A program made the position numbers and the translations under genes. The notes under the pieces are model-generated. The model was not told the DNA's origin. It made no database searches and saw nothing but the letters and a program-made list of their open reading frames with translations. Shown here piece by piece: positions 38,785 through 52,617 of a stretch of DNA of 64,000 nt (its first letter is position 1; each line of letters begins with the position of its first letter). Source of the DNA: Octopus vulgaris (Eukaryota); NCBI GenBank assembly GCA_951406725.2, contig OX597814.1:23002001-23066000 (forward strand), in the 5' to 3' direction.

Positions 38785-39260
38785 AATACCCTAGAACAAT
38801 TGCAGCCATCTGATGAGTTTACGTATTTAGGTAGTAAGATAACATTTTCAGGCAGCACTGACGAAGATATTAAGACAAGAATAAGTAAGGCAAGGACCGT
38901 TTTTCACCTGTTAAAGAAAGTATGGAGTGCAATTTGGAGTGTAATTTCAATAAAGAACAAAATAAGAATTTTTAACACTAACGTAAAAGCAGTGTTATTG
39001 TATGGGGCTGAGTCATGGCGAACAACAGTTAAGTAAAATAAGCAAACACAATCATTCATCAACAGATGCTTGCATAGTATACTTAAAATTAGATGGCCTG
39101 AACACATAAGCAATATGGAGCTATGGCAAAGAACAAATGAAGAAGTGGAAGTGGATTGGTAGCACAATTAGAAAAGACACACCAAATGTAGCGAAAAATG
39201 CTTTACAGTGGAAACTGGATGGATATAGAAGGAGAGGTAGGCCTAAGAACTATACTCCGT
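38785..39260 (+). mobile_element. RTE-clade LINE 3' ORF fragment (distinct family)
   Basis: FTYLGSKI..DIKTRISKAR..KIRIFNTNVKAVLLYGAESW..CLHSILKIRWP..WKWIG..RRRGRPK. Confidence 0.88.
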
Positions 39261-41272
39261 GTTGGAGGGTTAAAGGCATAAAGAAGAAGAAGAAGATGAG
39301 ATTATGCATAGTTTTCATCTTCCCAGATTCATTCACATGGCTTCAGCAGAATTGGAACCTTCATGGATTACATTTGCTCAAGGTGTCACTATGAGTTTTC
39401 GGTATTCAGTTCCTGTTATAAAAGCTACCAAGAGCTCTATAAGTTGAATAATAAACCATGATGCAGTGTCCCAACCTGCTAGAAATAGCAGCCAAATTTC
39501 TTTTAAATCATATACTACAATGTTAAGAAAGGAAAGGTGAATAAAAAATGTAGCTATTGTGACCACAATGGGTGGTCACAATAGGAATATTCTTGATTGT
39601 GGTTCTAGCCAACCAAGATTAACTTTGTTTTATTGAAGGAGGCTTACGAATGAATACATTCAAACAGTAACCCTCCATAATTGCTTTATTTTTCAAGTAC
39701 TGGACTAAATTATTTAATGTGCCCTTCTTTATTAAAAGCTCTAAGATGTGATTCTAAAGAGATTTTAACAATTATTTCCAGCAAGGAGTGTGACTGTATA
39801 GAAGATCTTGTATTGACTGATCTTCCTCTATGATTAGTGTTAGGAAGGATACCAATCTGTAAAACTATAATTCAAAGTTTCCATGGATATGTCTAATGCA
39901 TAAGTGTTGTAGAGTAGTGCCCATGAGCCTTTTGGGGGGCTTCTAGGGCTTGCTGTAAGGATGGGGAAAAAGTTATTCTCCGACCAGTGATGATGTCTGA
40001 ATGCTTGAGTATACTCTCTTAAAAGAATCCAAGAGAGAGGTACTAGTGTTATAGTGGGAAAAGTACTAAGTGTGCTAACAATGAACAGAGTGAAAACAAT
40101 CCCTAAGGTTGTAAGAAGCAACGAAAATTTCAGGAAAATAAAAATAAGAAAAAAAGTGGAAAGGCACAAAAAAAAAAGAAAATGACTCTCCCCAGACACA
40201 ATCCCTGTGACTGGCTTTTGTATAATTTACATTGGCCAAGTATCACATATAAGCTTTGTTTGACTCAAAGATCAAGCCTAAAATCTCATAGTTGATAAGT
40301 AAGCATCTTACTTAAACAATCATGCTTGCAAATAGTTACACTAAATAAAATGAAAATGTAAGATAACAGACAATGGTATATCGTCAGAATAATATTGTAT
40401 AGTCTAGTTGTAGTGTTTCTAGATTTTGTAACATCAGTAACTTGGTTTATTCTTGCTAGAGTCTCAAATTTTTTCACTGATTCTCAGAATATCATGCCCC
40501 GTAAAAGTGAGATTAATTATTTTTTTTAAATTTCACAAATTAAACAATATATTAAAAAATATATTACGTACTAAATATAGCAGTCTTAATTAAAAAGTTC
40601 TTCATTAATATAGTTCTTCTTTCATTTAAAATTATATGTCAAATATGGTTTGTAAGCCACCTGGTTAAATTACATGGAATGTCTTGAAATATCTCAATGC
40701 AAAACATTAAAACTGTCATTTTGGGAGACAATGAAACTAAAATATAAAACTTTTGTTAGGGTTGCTTCTGCTGCCACTGCTACTACTGTTGCTGCTGTTA
40801 CTACTGCTGCTACTGTTGCTGCTACCACCAGTACTACTACTTGGTGAATTAATTGAATTGTCATCTTTAATTGTGTCTCTTTACATTCAAAGATCAACTC
40901 CTACCCAATTCAACTTTTACCTTTCACCCTAAGGATCAACAAAGTAAAGTCCTAGTCTTGCATACAGGTTTGATATATTATCCACCTGTCTCCAAATGGT
41001 GTGTCCTTGTGTCTAAGCTAGAAATCAACAGAGGTGATTCGGAATGCAGTTAAAAGCTTTGTTGTGTATACTTCGGCATTTCAAGGTCCTGATTTCAAGT
41101 CCTGTGAAGATTATTTTTACTTTTTATACTCCATTAGGTTGATATGATTGTGAGAAAAAGATCAAAGTAAAATGAAACAATGAGGATATTTTCGGTTGAT
41201 GCAGGTGGGAGTATTTAATTTTTTTTCTGTTTTAGTTCAAGGAAGAAAAGTAGAGCCCATGACTCTCTTCAG

Positions 41273-41400
41273 GGCCTCCAAAACTAGTGGAAGGAAGGGA
41301 GGAAGCTGTCCTCAGACCGGAGTCGTCTGAGCCTGAATGCTTGCAACAGAGTGGACCTTCTGTTGAAGCACTTAAGAAACAAGTAGTGGTATTAAACCAT
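41273..41400 (+). CDS. Candidate coding exon of an unidentified host gene
   Basis: GC-richer non-repeat island with ctctcttcag acceptor and CAT|gtaagg donor. Open frame (G)PPKLVEGREEAVLRPESSEPECLQQSGPSVEALKKQVVVLNH. No homology recognised, and the minus strand is also open. Confidence 0.25.
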
Positions 41401-43449
41401 GTAAGGATTTAAGTTTACCACCCAAGATTTGATGGATATATAATGTCAGTTTCAATTTCTTTCTCTTCTGAAGACTGAGTGTATATATATATATGTGTAT
41501 GTATGCGTAAATTTATGTGTATGTATGTGCATATATGCGTGAATATGTATGTGTATATTGAAAGAAGGGTGAAACAAGGAAGAGTGACAAATACCCATTT
41601 TATTTACGTTCCAGCAATCTTTTATTCTTACTGAGAAACATTTATTTTTCTATCAATAAAAACTATCGGGGTCTCTGGGTCTCTTTCTCCATAATGTGGT
41701 AATGGATATAAGAAAGTCAATGGACAGCATTCTGCATGCCTTTCTTCTTCCAGAAATGTATCTACTAGAGAATCATCTTACTCATTATACAAGGGAAAGT
41801 GATAAATAACTTGAGTATTTTCTTTGCAATTGAGGCAAAATTAATACCATGAACATCTTTCATCTAGTGGCTAGTACTTTCAAATCATGATTATTGATAT
41901 TCTAAGAAATAGATTTCTTTTCTTTCTTTCTTTCTTTTGCTTTTTCTTTCCGGCCAGCTTTAATTTCTTCACTACTAACTGCCTTTGATTACCAATTTTA
42001 TTGAATATTTTCTTTTATTACCTTCATCAATATGATTTTTCTGATATTAAAGTAAATATGATCAAAGTAATTTAGACAGGAATAAGAGGAGCAAATGAAA
42101 AGCTGTTTCTGCACCTCTGTGTTAACCCTTGTCTCAATGGCTGACATGTTTCAAAAGAAAGTTTATTCCTACCACATGTGATTTATTGCTATAACGATAA
42201 GAGAGGAAAATGAGATTTAATGAAATTCTTCTTCTTAATAATCATATCTAGAGAAGGAGAACTGGTCGGGGAGGATAGACACGGATATCTTAACTATTTG
42301 GTTCTATGACTGTGACCCAAAGTCTTTGATTACTCACAAGGAATTTATTGATATTTTGCTGCTTTGAAGTATTATGATGTATTATTGCAGCCAGAAATGA
42401 ACTATAATTTTAAAATATTTACATTCAATACTTATAATTTGATAAATATAAATAGGTTATTGATAATATATTTGAAAATCATCTTTAATTAAAATTGTTT
42501 ACACTCTTTTGTTAACTGAAATGTATCATTGTTAAAATAGCATCATCAATAAAAATATGTTTCCGTTAATACTTATAAGAGGTGGATGTCATGCTGTGTT
42601 AGGTAAATTGTTTCATGTCCAAAGTACATCAATCATTGTCTTGGATAGAATTAATATTTCAAACAGTGTAAAGATTGAAACCTTAAAGTTATCGTAAGCA
42701 ATTCTCAACAGAATTTCTAAGCAGAATTTACATTGCTGTATCAAAGCTTTATAAAAATGCCATTAACCCTTTCAATATTGACTTGCTTGAGATTTCCTCT
42801 TGTTCTTCTATGTTATAAATTTCATATTTTAAAGTATTCATATTGAAGCCTTCCATCATGATTTCATAGAAGACCACTTTGTTAAGTGATGTTCTAAACA
42901 TCAGCTCAATAACTGTTTCTAACATAGCACAATACCGGAAATTTGAGAAGAGGTGTTACTTGATGACTATATTGACCCCATCTCTCGACTGTTGCTTTGC
43001 TTATCATTCTTTTGGATGATAAGCAAAGTTGAGCTTTGGTATGATTCGAACTCACTAAATCTTATGAAATTTTTGTTATTTTCAAAACTAACTGAAATAT
43101 ATTTGCAGTGTATTTTATCAAAAATATCATCATGAAAGATTAAATGGCTCTGGTTACACAATGATATCTATTAACAGATTTTTCCCTGTAAAGAAAAAAA
43201 AGTAAGTTAAAACTCATTTGTGTTATGGTATTATAAGTATTTAATTTGATTATATTACTTTAATATGTTCACTTTAAATAAATTTATTCATATTTGGAAA
43301 CAAAGCAATTAATTGATACTTAAGAAGTGCAAAGAAATATTAGAACACCAGGTTCAACACTGCTGGGGATAGCATTATATTTAAGTGTAAAAAGAAAATC
43401 ACTTTATCATTCTGCTGACCAAACTATCAGAGATGCCCTTATATATTAC

Positions 43450-43900
43450 TGCTCACAATGTACCTCCATTCTTCTTTGAATATGCTCTTCTGTTCCATTT
43501 GGACCTGGGTTTCTTGACTCTGTAATTTCCCCATTATGTTGGAGGTCTTCTGAATAGGCTTTTCTGGTTTCATAGGCATCACTCAACAACTGCACAAGCC
43601 CACCTGTTGTCTGTGAGTCCAGTAAAACTTGTACTTTTGATATTACACGATCAAATTGTTTAAACCACTGCATTAATTTTGGATATGCTCCTGCAATGAT
43701 ATTCCCAGCATGGATCTTTCCATGTCTTTCTGTGTCATAAGTCAGTTGCTAAGTCTTCTTTTTCATTAGTAGCCTATGTCTCATGTCTCACTTGCATATA
43801 AAATCACAGACAGAATGGTGTTGTTGAAAAGATTGACAAGCAGGGTTATGAGAAACTGAGTTTTGAGCATATCTTTTCCTTATATTGTGTAAGACCTCAG
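43450..43900 (-). mobile_element. Highly degraded RTE LINE fragment
   Basis: Minus strand NLFNNTILSVILYASET..TQKDMERSMLGISLQEHIQN. Confidence 0.7.
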
Positions 43901-45320
43901 CTTTCACATCTCAGTGTACATTACTGTTGTTTTCGTTTTTTGAGGAGTTCAATCAACTGATCTGCCAAAATCAGGGATTTCAAAGTCACTGTAGAATCAA
44001 TCCATCAGACTCATGGACCTCACATCAACACTGACATGGAAGTTAGATGGCAACTTCATCTTTTTATTGTGCACCACTCTTAATATCTCTCGGCAGTTGC
44101 ACACAATTAACAAAATCTTATAGGGGTGTCTTCCAAAGATTTCAATTGTCATAAAAAAGTATTGTCTAGCTCTTGCTGGACATGTAATGAGACACGGTGA
44201 AATTTCTGTGAGAGTTTTGTTAAGGTCCTCTGATATCACTCGTAGATGTGGTCATCCAAACCTAACTCTCATGAAAATCATTGAGGAAGCTGTTGGACTA
44301 CCTAGCAGTGTCCTGATGAATGTGATGCAAGATTACAAAACATGAAAGAACCTCATAGTGTCACCAATTGGTGTTGGATGATTAAAAAAATAAAAATTGC
44401 TGTTTACCCACATCGACATTTTCCTTCACCTTTTCACTTTCATTGCTTCCCACTGATAATTCTACCTCGTTCTATTCTTGTGGATCAAATGTGTTTTATT
44501 TTTGGGCAGTTTATTTCGAGGGCTACTGCTAAACTCAACATGACCTGGAGCAGATCTTAGTTTACTGCTGTAATACTGATTCTTAGCTACAAAAGTGGGG
44601 TCAAAATTGGGGTTCATATTATATACAAGATTACGTTGGACTTGTGTAAATAGCTATCAAAAGACTAGATTGATGATAGACAAACAAGTACAACTCTAAA
44701 GACCATTTACAGCCTTTGCTAATTAGTTCAATCTATTCTATGATCACAGTTGGTTCTTTGGTACCACAGTTGATAAAATGACCGTCCACAGATCACAAGT
44801 TTTAAGTATTAAGTTGTATCTTTGGTGCATTCACCTACTTCAGACCAGCAACAGGAAAATTAGATAGTAAAATGGCTGCCATTACAATGAACAGTTACAA
44901 CAAGAAACATTATTTAATGTTTAGAATTTCTGTTGCATGACGGTGGTTAGTATATGATTAAACAGACATATTAGCTTTGATGAATAATACTTCAAGGTGA
45001 AGATATTAGAATAATATAAAGAAATCCAATAGTGGTTCAGTAGTAGATCTTCATTTAATAGATGACAGAATAGATGTTCACTGCTGTAAGAAGTGGCAGT
45101 TATACACAAGTAATAAGTACTTAGTCTGCTTGATGTGTTGGGTTCAATTCCCAGAAAAGGAATGGGTCTTGACAAACTGATATTCTCCAGATATACTTTA
45201 TGAAGATGAAAACTTCAGTGGAAGCTGCACAACACACTTACATAGTGGTCTGTACAGGGGTTCATTAGAATAATGCTTATGTAAAAGTACTTCGATTCAC
45301 TTGAATAATGGTTAAGTTAT

Positions 45321-45648
45321 TGTTGTGTGGACGCCCCCAGACGATGAAGTAGGCTAGCCTAATACGTAGATATAGAGGGAGAGCCTAGACATCGAGAGCA
45401 CAGTTGATTAGCAGTCAGCAGAGTCAGAGTAGTAGCAGAGAATAGAACAGTCGAGTAGCAGAGTAGCAATCGGAGTCAAGTTGAGTAGAAGGCATCCGAA
45501 CTTGCGACATAACAGTGGCGATGAGGATTTTGTAACTTTCGCTTATCTTTCAATAAACTCACACAGCCACTGTGTAGTATTGCAATATAACAGTGGCAAC
45601 AAAGATTTCATAACTCACACAACCATTGTGTAGTATTGCGACATAAAA
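45321..45648 (+). mobile_element. Mini LTR-type element or solo LTR (328 bp)
   Basis: Same termini as 17097-17280 (3' CA mutated to AA), with a perfect 5-bp TSD GTTAT (45316-45320, 45649-45653). Confidence 0.85.
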
Positions 45649-46021
45649 GTTATAGAACTTGGTTTTGATAGAGTGATGGTTACATAATAGTACTTGCTAT
45701 CATTTAACAATAGTCTCCTATACAGAAGATACTACTCTTTAGTATATCTAAGCGTTCTACATACAGACATGCTTCAATGCAATCTAAAAACTTCATGTCC
45801 AATCTGTACAGTTTCTGTGAACAGTTATGATAAAGGCTGCTTATTTATAAGAAAAGTAATGCCCCTTACAATTAAATCTGGTATAACACATGCTATCATT
45901 ACTGACATTTTATATCTCTAAATGGATGAAAGTATGATATCTGGTATTCTGCTCCAGCATGGCCACAGTCAAATGACTGGAACAAGTAAAAGACAAAAAG
46001 AGTAATTTAAAAGTTATCATT

Positions 46022-46215
46022 GAGTGGCAAGCTGGCAGAATCATTAGCATGCTTAATGGTATTTCTTACAGCACTTTACATTTTGATTTCAAATCCTGCC
46101 ATGGTAAACTTTTCCATTCATCTGATAAAATAAACTACCAGTCAAATACTGGGGGTTGATGTAATCAATTAACCCCCTTCCTCTAGAATTGCTGGTCTTG
46201 TGCCAAAATTTTGAA
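46022..46215 (+). mobile_element. SINE family B copy, preceded by a family A 3' fragment (45950-46003)
   Basis: GTGGCAAGCTGGCAGAATCATTAGC..GGTCTTGTGCCAAAATT. Confidence 0.78.
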
Positions 46216-46602
46216 TACTTAATTCAATAGTCATCAATCACTGAATCAAAGCGAACACAGTACATAGACCAGACTAACTTGACATTCCAACAGCCTATTC
46301 TCAATGTGGTAAGAAATTTAAATTATGGATCAAGGGATTTAAGTATTTCCCAACAGTTGTCATTCCCAACATCTATCAATCCTGACTTTAATCCTAATGA
46401 ATTATTAGAGCTTTTGTTTGTAAGCTATTGTGTTTTATATAGTAGATGCACAACTTTTAATAATGCTTTAAAACAATAAACAAATTCTTATCTAAAATGC
46501 TCCAATGAAATATTTCTTGTAGACCACTACTGACTACAAGATTTCAAAAGCCTGACAAGAATAAATGAATTTGTACAGGATTTAATTATATAGCTCATGT
46601 CT

Positions 46603-46940
46603 GAAGGTGCATAGCTTAGTGGTTAGAGTGTTGGACTCACAGTCATGAGGTACTGAGTTGGATTCCCAGACTGAGCTGTGTTTTGTGTTCTTGAATAAGA
46701 CACTTTATTTCACATTGCTCCAGTTCACTCAGCTGTAGAAATGAGTTACGATGTCACTGGTGCCAAGCCATATCAGCCTTTTCCTTTCCTTTAGATAACA
46801 TCAATGGCAAGGAGAGAGGAGGCTGGTATGCATGGACAACTGCTGGTCTTTCACAAACAACCTTGCCCAGACTTGTACCTCATAGGGGAACTTTCTAGGT
46901 ACAATCTCATGGTCGTTCATGACCGATGGGGATCTTTACT
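46603..46940 (+). mobile_element. SINE family D (tRNA head)
   Basis: A box TAGCTTAGTGG, B-box-like GAGTTGGATTCC. Reverse-complement copy at 58108-58450. Confidence 0.85.
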
Positions 46941-47812
46941 ACATGACTGTGATTTTTTATCTATAAACGTTGAAGAAAATGGTCATATTTTTTTTATAAG
47001 AGACAGATTATATAAAAATGTAGGTTTTACTCTTCTACAACTTTGAATTGATGGGATTCTCAGAATATCTCTTGGAAATTATAAAAAGAAATTGAAGTGA
47101 TTTACCATGAACCAGGATCTGTTTTAAAAATTCTAATCATACTCAAATAAAAATGGCCGAAGGACATGCTAAACATTTTCAAACTTTCATTCTAAAACTG
47201 AATGCAACAAAATCTTGCTGATACAGTGTGGAAGATAAAGAATTTACAGAATCAGAAATTTTAAGTCTTTTAATGTAGAACTTATTAATTCATCATAGTG
47301 GGTACTAGTGTCAGTTGTTACTGGCAATTTCTGTAATGAAAAGCCTGTAAGAGGTTTTTTTGAAATTATACTGTGATCCTGGGCTATCAATGTCTCAAAA
47401 TAATAAAGAATTAAAACTCATATTTGGAAGCTCTTGTGTACTTTGCCAAATAGATCCATTTCCACTTTTCAAAAATTAATCTGTTAGAGCCAATTTCCTT
47501 CTTTCTGGAGATGCTATAAAAGTGCAACAATTCTATCAAAAATGATATGAAATGGGTAGCATAAGGGTGGCTGCTATCAATAACGATTTGAATTTTACTA
47601 CTTTATTCCTGTTAATACCCATTCATTTAATATTTTAACCCTGCAGTAGAGAATCCTGAATGTGCACAACTTTGTAGATTAACAAGAATTTATCAAAACT
47701 GGTTAAGTATTTAAATTTGCATATTTTATTTTTAATAAGTTGACTGAGTGCATAATATTACTTTTATAATTAATAGCCAATGTCATCTCAAAAGCTGAAA
47801 TATATAATATTC

Positions 47813-48005
47813 TTTTCTATTCTAGGCACAAGGCTTGAAATTTTTGGGGAGGGGGGGCAGTCAATTAGAGCGACCCAGTATGCAACTGGTACCTAATTTA
47901 TCAACCCCGAGAGGATGAAAAGCAAAGTCAACCTTGGCGGAATTTGAACTCAGAACGTAAAGACAGACGAAATGCTGCTAAGCATTTTGCCTGGTTTGCT
48001 AACAT
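47813..48005 (-). mobile_element. SINE family B copy
   Basis: GGCGGAATTTGAACTCAGAACG..GGCACAAGGC on the plus strand. Confidence 0.8.
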
Positions 48006-48151
48006 TTGAAATACATAATATTGTCTGTAATTGTCAACTGTCAAAATAAATAAAAAATGGATTAAATATCATAACATACTTGATAAAGTATATTATGGTA
48101 CTTTAATGCACTGAATAAAGAACTTTGATCATAAAGAATGTAAAATATATG

Positions 48152-48560
48152 TAGGCAGGAGTGGCTGTGTGGTAAATAGCTTGCTTCCCAACCACATGGT
48201 TCCGGGTTCATTCCCACTGCGTGACACCTTGGGCAAGTGTTTTCTACTATAACCTCGGGCCGACCAAAGCCTTGTGAGTGGATTTGGTAGACAGAAACTG
48301 AAAGAAGCCCGTCGTATATATGTGTGTGCATGTATGTGTGTGTGTGTATATTTGTGTGTCTGTGTTTGCCTCTCAACATCGCTTGATAACCGATGCTGGT
48401 GTGTTTGCATCCCCGTAACTTAGCGGCTCGGCAAAAGAGACCGATAGAATAAGTACTAGGCTTCCAAAGAATAAGTCCTGGGGTCGATTTGCTCGACTAA
48501 AGGCGGTGCTCCAGCATGGCCGCAGTCAAATGAATGAAACAAGTAAAAGAGTAAAAGAGG
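48152..48560 (+). mobile_element. SINE family A full-length copy
   Basis: A box TGGCTGTGTGG, B box GGTTCATTCCC, CCTTGGGCAAGT core, internal (TG)n and an AAGTAAAAGAG tail. Confidence 0.9.
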
Positions 48561-49505
48561 CACTACAGATGAAACTGCTGTTGCAGCATTACTGTAAGAT
48601 GGCAAATCTATGACACTCCTCTGCGATAAAGAAAACTGCGTATTTGGTTGACAAAACTGAAGCTTATGTGGTTAGATACAAGAAGCTGTGAAAAAATGAA
48701 AACATTTCCTCATGAAAAATTTTAATTTAGTGCAAAATGAAACATTTGATTCATTGATGACAATAAAACATTGATTGCTTAGCTTGTACTTGTAATACCT
48801 CTTTCACATGTACAAATTTAGAATTATACATAATAACTAAGTACACTCTGGTTTAAGAAAAATGTTTCATTTTATAATAAAACATCCACTCTTGCTTTTT
48901 TAGTGAAGAAGCATGTCATTTTTGTACTAAGTGACATGTATGACATGAAATGAAACATAAATTTTATTATTCAAAAGTTCGTCCTCTTATGTAAAAAAAA
49001 ATTTGTCCATTTTAGTGTTTGTCAACAGACTTCAAAGGATCTCTTCTTTGTTCTAATAATTTGAATAAATACTTACAACTGATGAATTTTCCCATTTTTC
49101 ATTCTATGATACAAATTCTTATACAATTATTAAAAACTTAAATAATCTCTTGTCTATTTTTGTTATGCCATTATTTATGCTATTATTCAGAATGAACTGG
49201 AGGCTCTCTCTCATGTCTACCAATCTGTAATAGTTCCTTAATAGTCACAGTATTTCTACAGACCACAGGATCCTATATAATTCTTTAGAGAACTCAAAAT
49301 GTAAAAGATAATAATAGGATTATATAGAACCATATTTAACTATACTTTGAATATATAAAAATTAAACATTTCAAATTGGCAGATTATGTTACCAGATTGT
49401 AATTTTTACCTTTAATAACCTGTTTACTCATTTCATCATTACTGACCCTTTGATAATTACTGCCTCTATGCTGGAAAGTAGCATAGCTGTTTTTTTTGTA
49501 GTTAT

Positions 49506-49612
49506 CTTCTTCTTCTTCTTCTTCTTCTTCTTCTTCTTCTTCTTCTTCTTCTTCTTCTTCTTCTTCTTCTTCTTCTTCTTCTTCTTCTTCTTCTTCTTCT
49601 TCTTCTTCTTCT
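49506..49612. repeat. Pure (CTT)n microsatellite
   Basis: Directly visible. Explains the poly-K and poly-F ORFs. Confidence 0.97.
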
Positions 49613-50289
49613 TGTTCGATGAAATGACCATCTAAGTTGTCTTAATCCTTTGTCTGTAATTGTACATCATTCATCTATTTGCATTTCTACCCTGTTAATA
49701 CTAACCTGCCTTTAATTGAATTTGATTTAATCTAATCTAATTTAACCTATTATAATCATAAATTCATCTCTCAGTTAGCAGACCCTGTAGTAGTTTAGAC
49801 ATTTCCTCATAATGTGCACTCTTCCTCACCCTTTCCTACCCCACCACCTACACTGGAAATCTTTCTTTCTCTCTCCTGTACCAGAAACTCTCTCAACCTC
49901 TATTGGAAACTGATCCTCCTTCCTCAGTAGATTTTCATCCACATTACTGCAATATACACACTGCAGTTTGTATTCTTTGCACCAAAATGTGATTGGAAAG
50001 TAACTATCAACTAATTAATTAATTAACTGCTTTTAGTTTCATTTATCTATCTTTGTATTAACAATGCTTGCATAGCATTTGACTATTTCTACAAACTTTA
50101 TTCGCCCATCTTTGTATTAACTATGTTTGTATAGCACTCACTTCTGCTAGATGCAGCTGTGTAACACAAATGAACAATGATAGATTAAATGCAAGGACAA
50201 CTATTATGACATGTCTGTTGACAAACGTTTTTTGAAACCTTCCTTTCAGAAGTGGAATGCTGTCCCCTTCTCCTTGCTTCCTCTCTCCT

Positions 50290-51865
50290 CCCCCCTTTGT
50301 ATCCTTAGAGATGGCACTGTCAATGTAAGCACAATGAAAAGTAGGTCTGGTGAGATTGTTGAGGTTCTTGAATGGAGAAGTGATAGGGTAGGTGGTATGG
50401 GCATACCCCTAGCTGAGAAATGGGTGGATAAAGTGACTGAAGTAGTCAGAGTGTTCAATAGATTACTTAAACTTCGACTAGTTTTACAAAATAGTGCCGT
50501 GACAATTATCTCTGCCTATGTCTTTCAAATGGATCTGCAAAATAAACAAAAGGATTGTTTTTATGATATTCTTTTGCAGATTACATTAAAAACAAATGAT
50601 AATGACCTTCTCTTCATGGCTGGTGACTTCAATGAACACATTGGGTAGTAACTGGGTGTTTTGTGCAGTGTGCATGGAGGCCATGGAATTGGTTTCTGTA
50701 AGGAGGAGAGAACAAGGTTTCTGAATTTCTGTGATGCAGATAACATAACGATATGCAAAACCAGCTTCAAGAAGCCTGCCAGTCATCTGATAACTTATCA
50801 ATCTGGTGACCAAGCTTGCCAGATTGATTACATTCTCACCAGAAAGTGAGATATGTGTTTGCTCAAAAATGTAAAGACCTTCCCTAGTGGAGAATGTACT
50901 CCTCAGCATAGGGCAGTCATTAGTAACTTCAGACTACAGGCTAGAAGGATTTCAATAAGCAGGCCAGTCTGAAAAGAAAGATCTGGGAGCTTAAGGATCA
51001 TTTGAATAGCCAGAGATTTAGAGACATCGTAACTGAAGCATGTAATGAAAAAGAAGTGGAGTTACAGACATATAACATAGAGGATAACTGGAACTTCCTA
51101 CAAGACAACTTACTGAGAGTTACAGACCGAATCAGCAGTGCAGGAGGAGGATCTGAGAGTGCAACTGTTAGAATAAGAACTGGTTGGGTGAAGTTCAGAG
51201 GACTGCTATCTTTGTTGGTAACAAAGGGTCTCTTCCTCTGAGTAAAATGCAGATTGTGTGAAATATGGGCTGTGACTGCAGACAACATGCAAAAGCTCGA
51301 AAGAACTGAAGCTAGTATGCTCCACAGGATGGGCAATAACAATGTGCATATATGACAGTGTGTGAGTGCCTTATGAGAAAAGTTGGGTGTAAGAGGCATC
51401 AGATGAAATGTGCACAAGAGAAGAATGATATGGACATGTGATGCATGCTTAAAGTGCCAGTCTGTGGAGTGAATCTGAGGAAGAGGTAGATCCAGGAAAT
51501 AGTAGGCCGAAGTTGTGAAATGATATCTTTGGAAATGTGATTACAGAGGCGATGACGAGTGAAACTTTTGGCAATTTGCTGTACTTGAGAAGAAACATCA
51601 GGCTAAGTGAAATCATAGTCATGACCAGTGCCATTGACACATAAAAGGCACCTGTGCTCGTGACACGTTAAAGGTGCCTGGTTCACTCTGTGAAGTACTT
51701 GGCTTTAGGAAGGGCATCCAGCCATAGAAACCAAACCAAAATAGGCTGGAGCCTAGTGCAGCTATCTGGCTTACCAGTTTCAGTCAAACCAGCTAAAGTA
51801 TATCAGCATGGAAAACGGTTGCTAAATGATGGTGATGATGTTGATGATAATAATGATGATGATGT
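50290..51865 (+). mobile_element. RTE LINE with AP-endonuclease and 3' end but deleted RT
   Basis: GTVNVSTM..IISAY..AGDFNEHIG..QIDYIL (APE), then a jump at ~51125 to GGGSESA..RIRTGWVKFR. Ends in the family F 3'UTR and (GAT)n. Confidence 0.9.
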
Positions 51866-52519
51866 ACGTTCTATTAGAGATCAAACACTTAGTGAACTGA
51901 CATCAAAACGAAGCCACATTCAACCAGTCGTAAATGAAGTAATGAATGATGTAGCCATAGTTCTAGAAGATCCTGGAATAGATTGAAACTACATAAATCC
52001 TGTTCATACTCAAATATATGAAAATGGAATACTGAAAATCTTGAAGAAGCCTGAATACATGCAACTTCATAGATTAACCAGATTTTGTAAAAACTAGTTG
52101 AGGGTTTTAATTTGTAATTTCTGTTTTTAATAAATTATGACGATAATTTTTTGATTATGTGCATAGTATCACTTTTAGAAATAATAACCAATGTGATCTA
52201 AAAAATTGAAATATTGTATGTGAAAAATATAACATGTCTTGAATAACACAACAATGCAAAGTGGACTATAAAAACTGTTATGATTTAATTATTCATAGTC
52301 TGATATAATATTTTGGAATGGAATATAAAAATTCTTTCTTCAGATATTGATGGAATTTTATTGAGTTACTGCTATAATATTATTGACTCAGTAAAAATAA
52401 ACAAATGTGTTAAATATCTGAATGTTCATGATATACGATAACAAAGATTGCATGATATATAAAGTCATATTCATAAGTAGTTAGTGCCAAATTATTAAAT
52501 AGATAATGAAATATTTCAC

Positions 52520-52617
52520 AGTTCTATATTTAAGAGATGAGGAATTATGTACATTATTTACATTATTTACATTTGACAGATATTTGTCTTCATCTTGTTT
52601 GTTGTTAACCACTATGG
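52520..52617 (-). mobile_element. Inverted, internally deleted copy of the hammerhead-SINE fused to its 5' end
   Basis: Minus strand CCATAGTGGTTAA|CAACAAACAAGATGAAGACAAATATCTGTCAAATGTAAATAATG: head joined to tail at GTTAA. Confidence 0.75.

Noticed and set aside
38808-38825. CTGATGAG hammerhead box
   Set aside because: It lies inside RTE coding sequence (SDEF) with no matching structure.
49428-49635. Poly-Lys and poly-Phe ORFs
   Set aside because: They come from the (CTT)n microsatellite.
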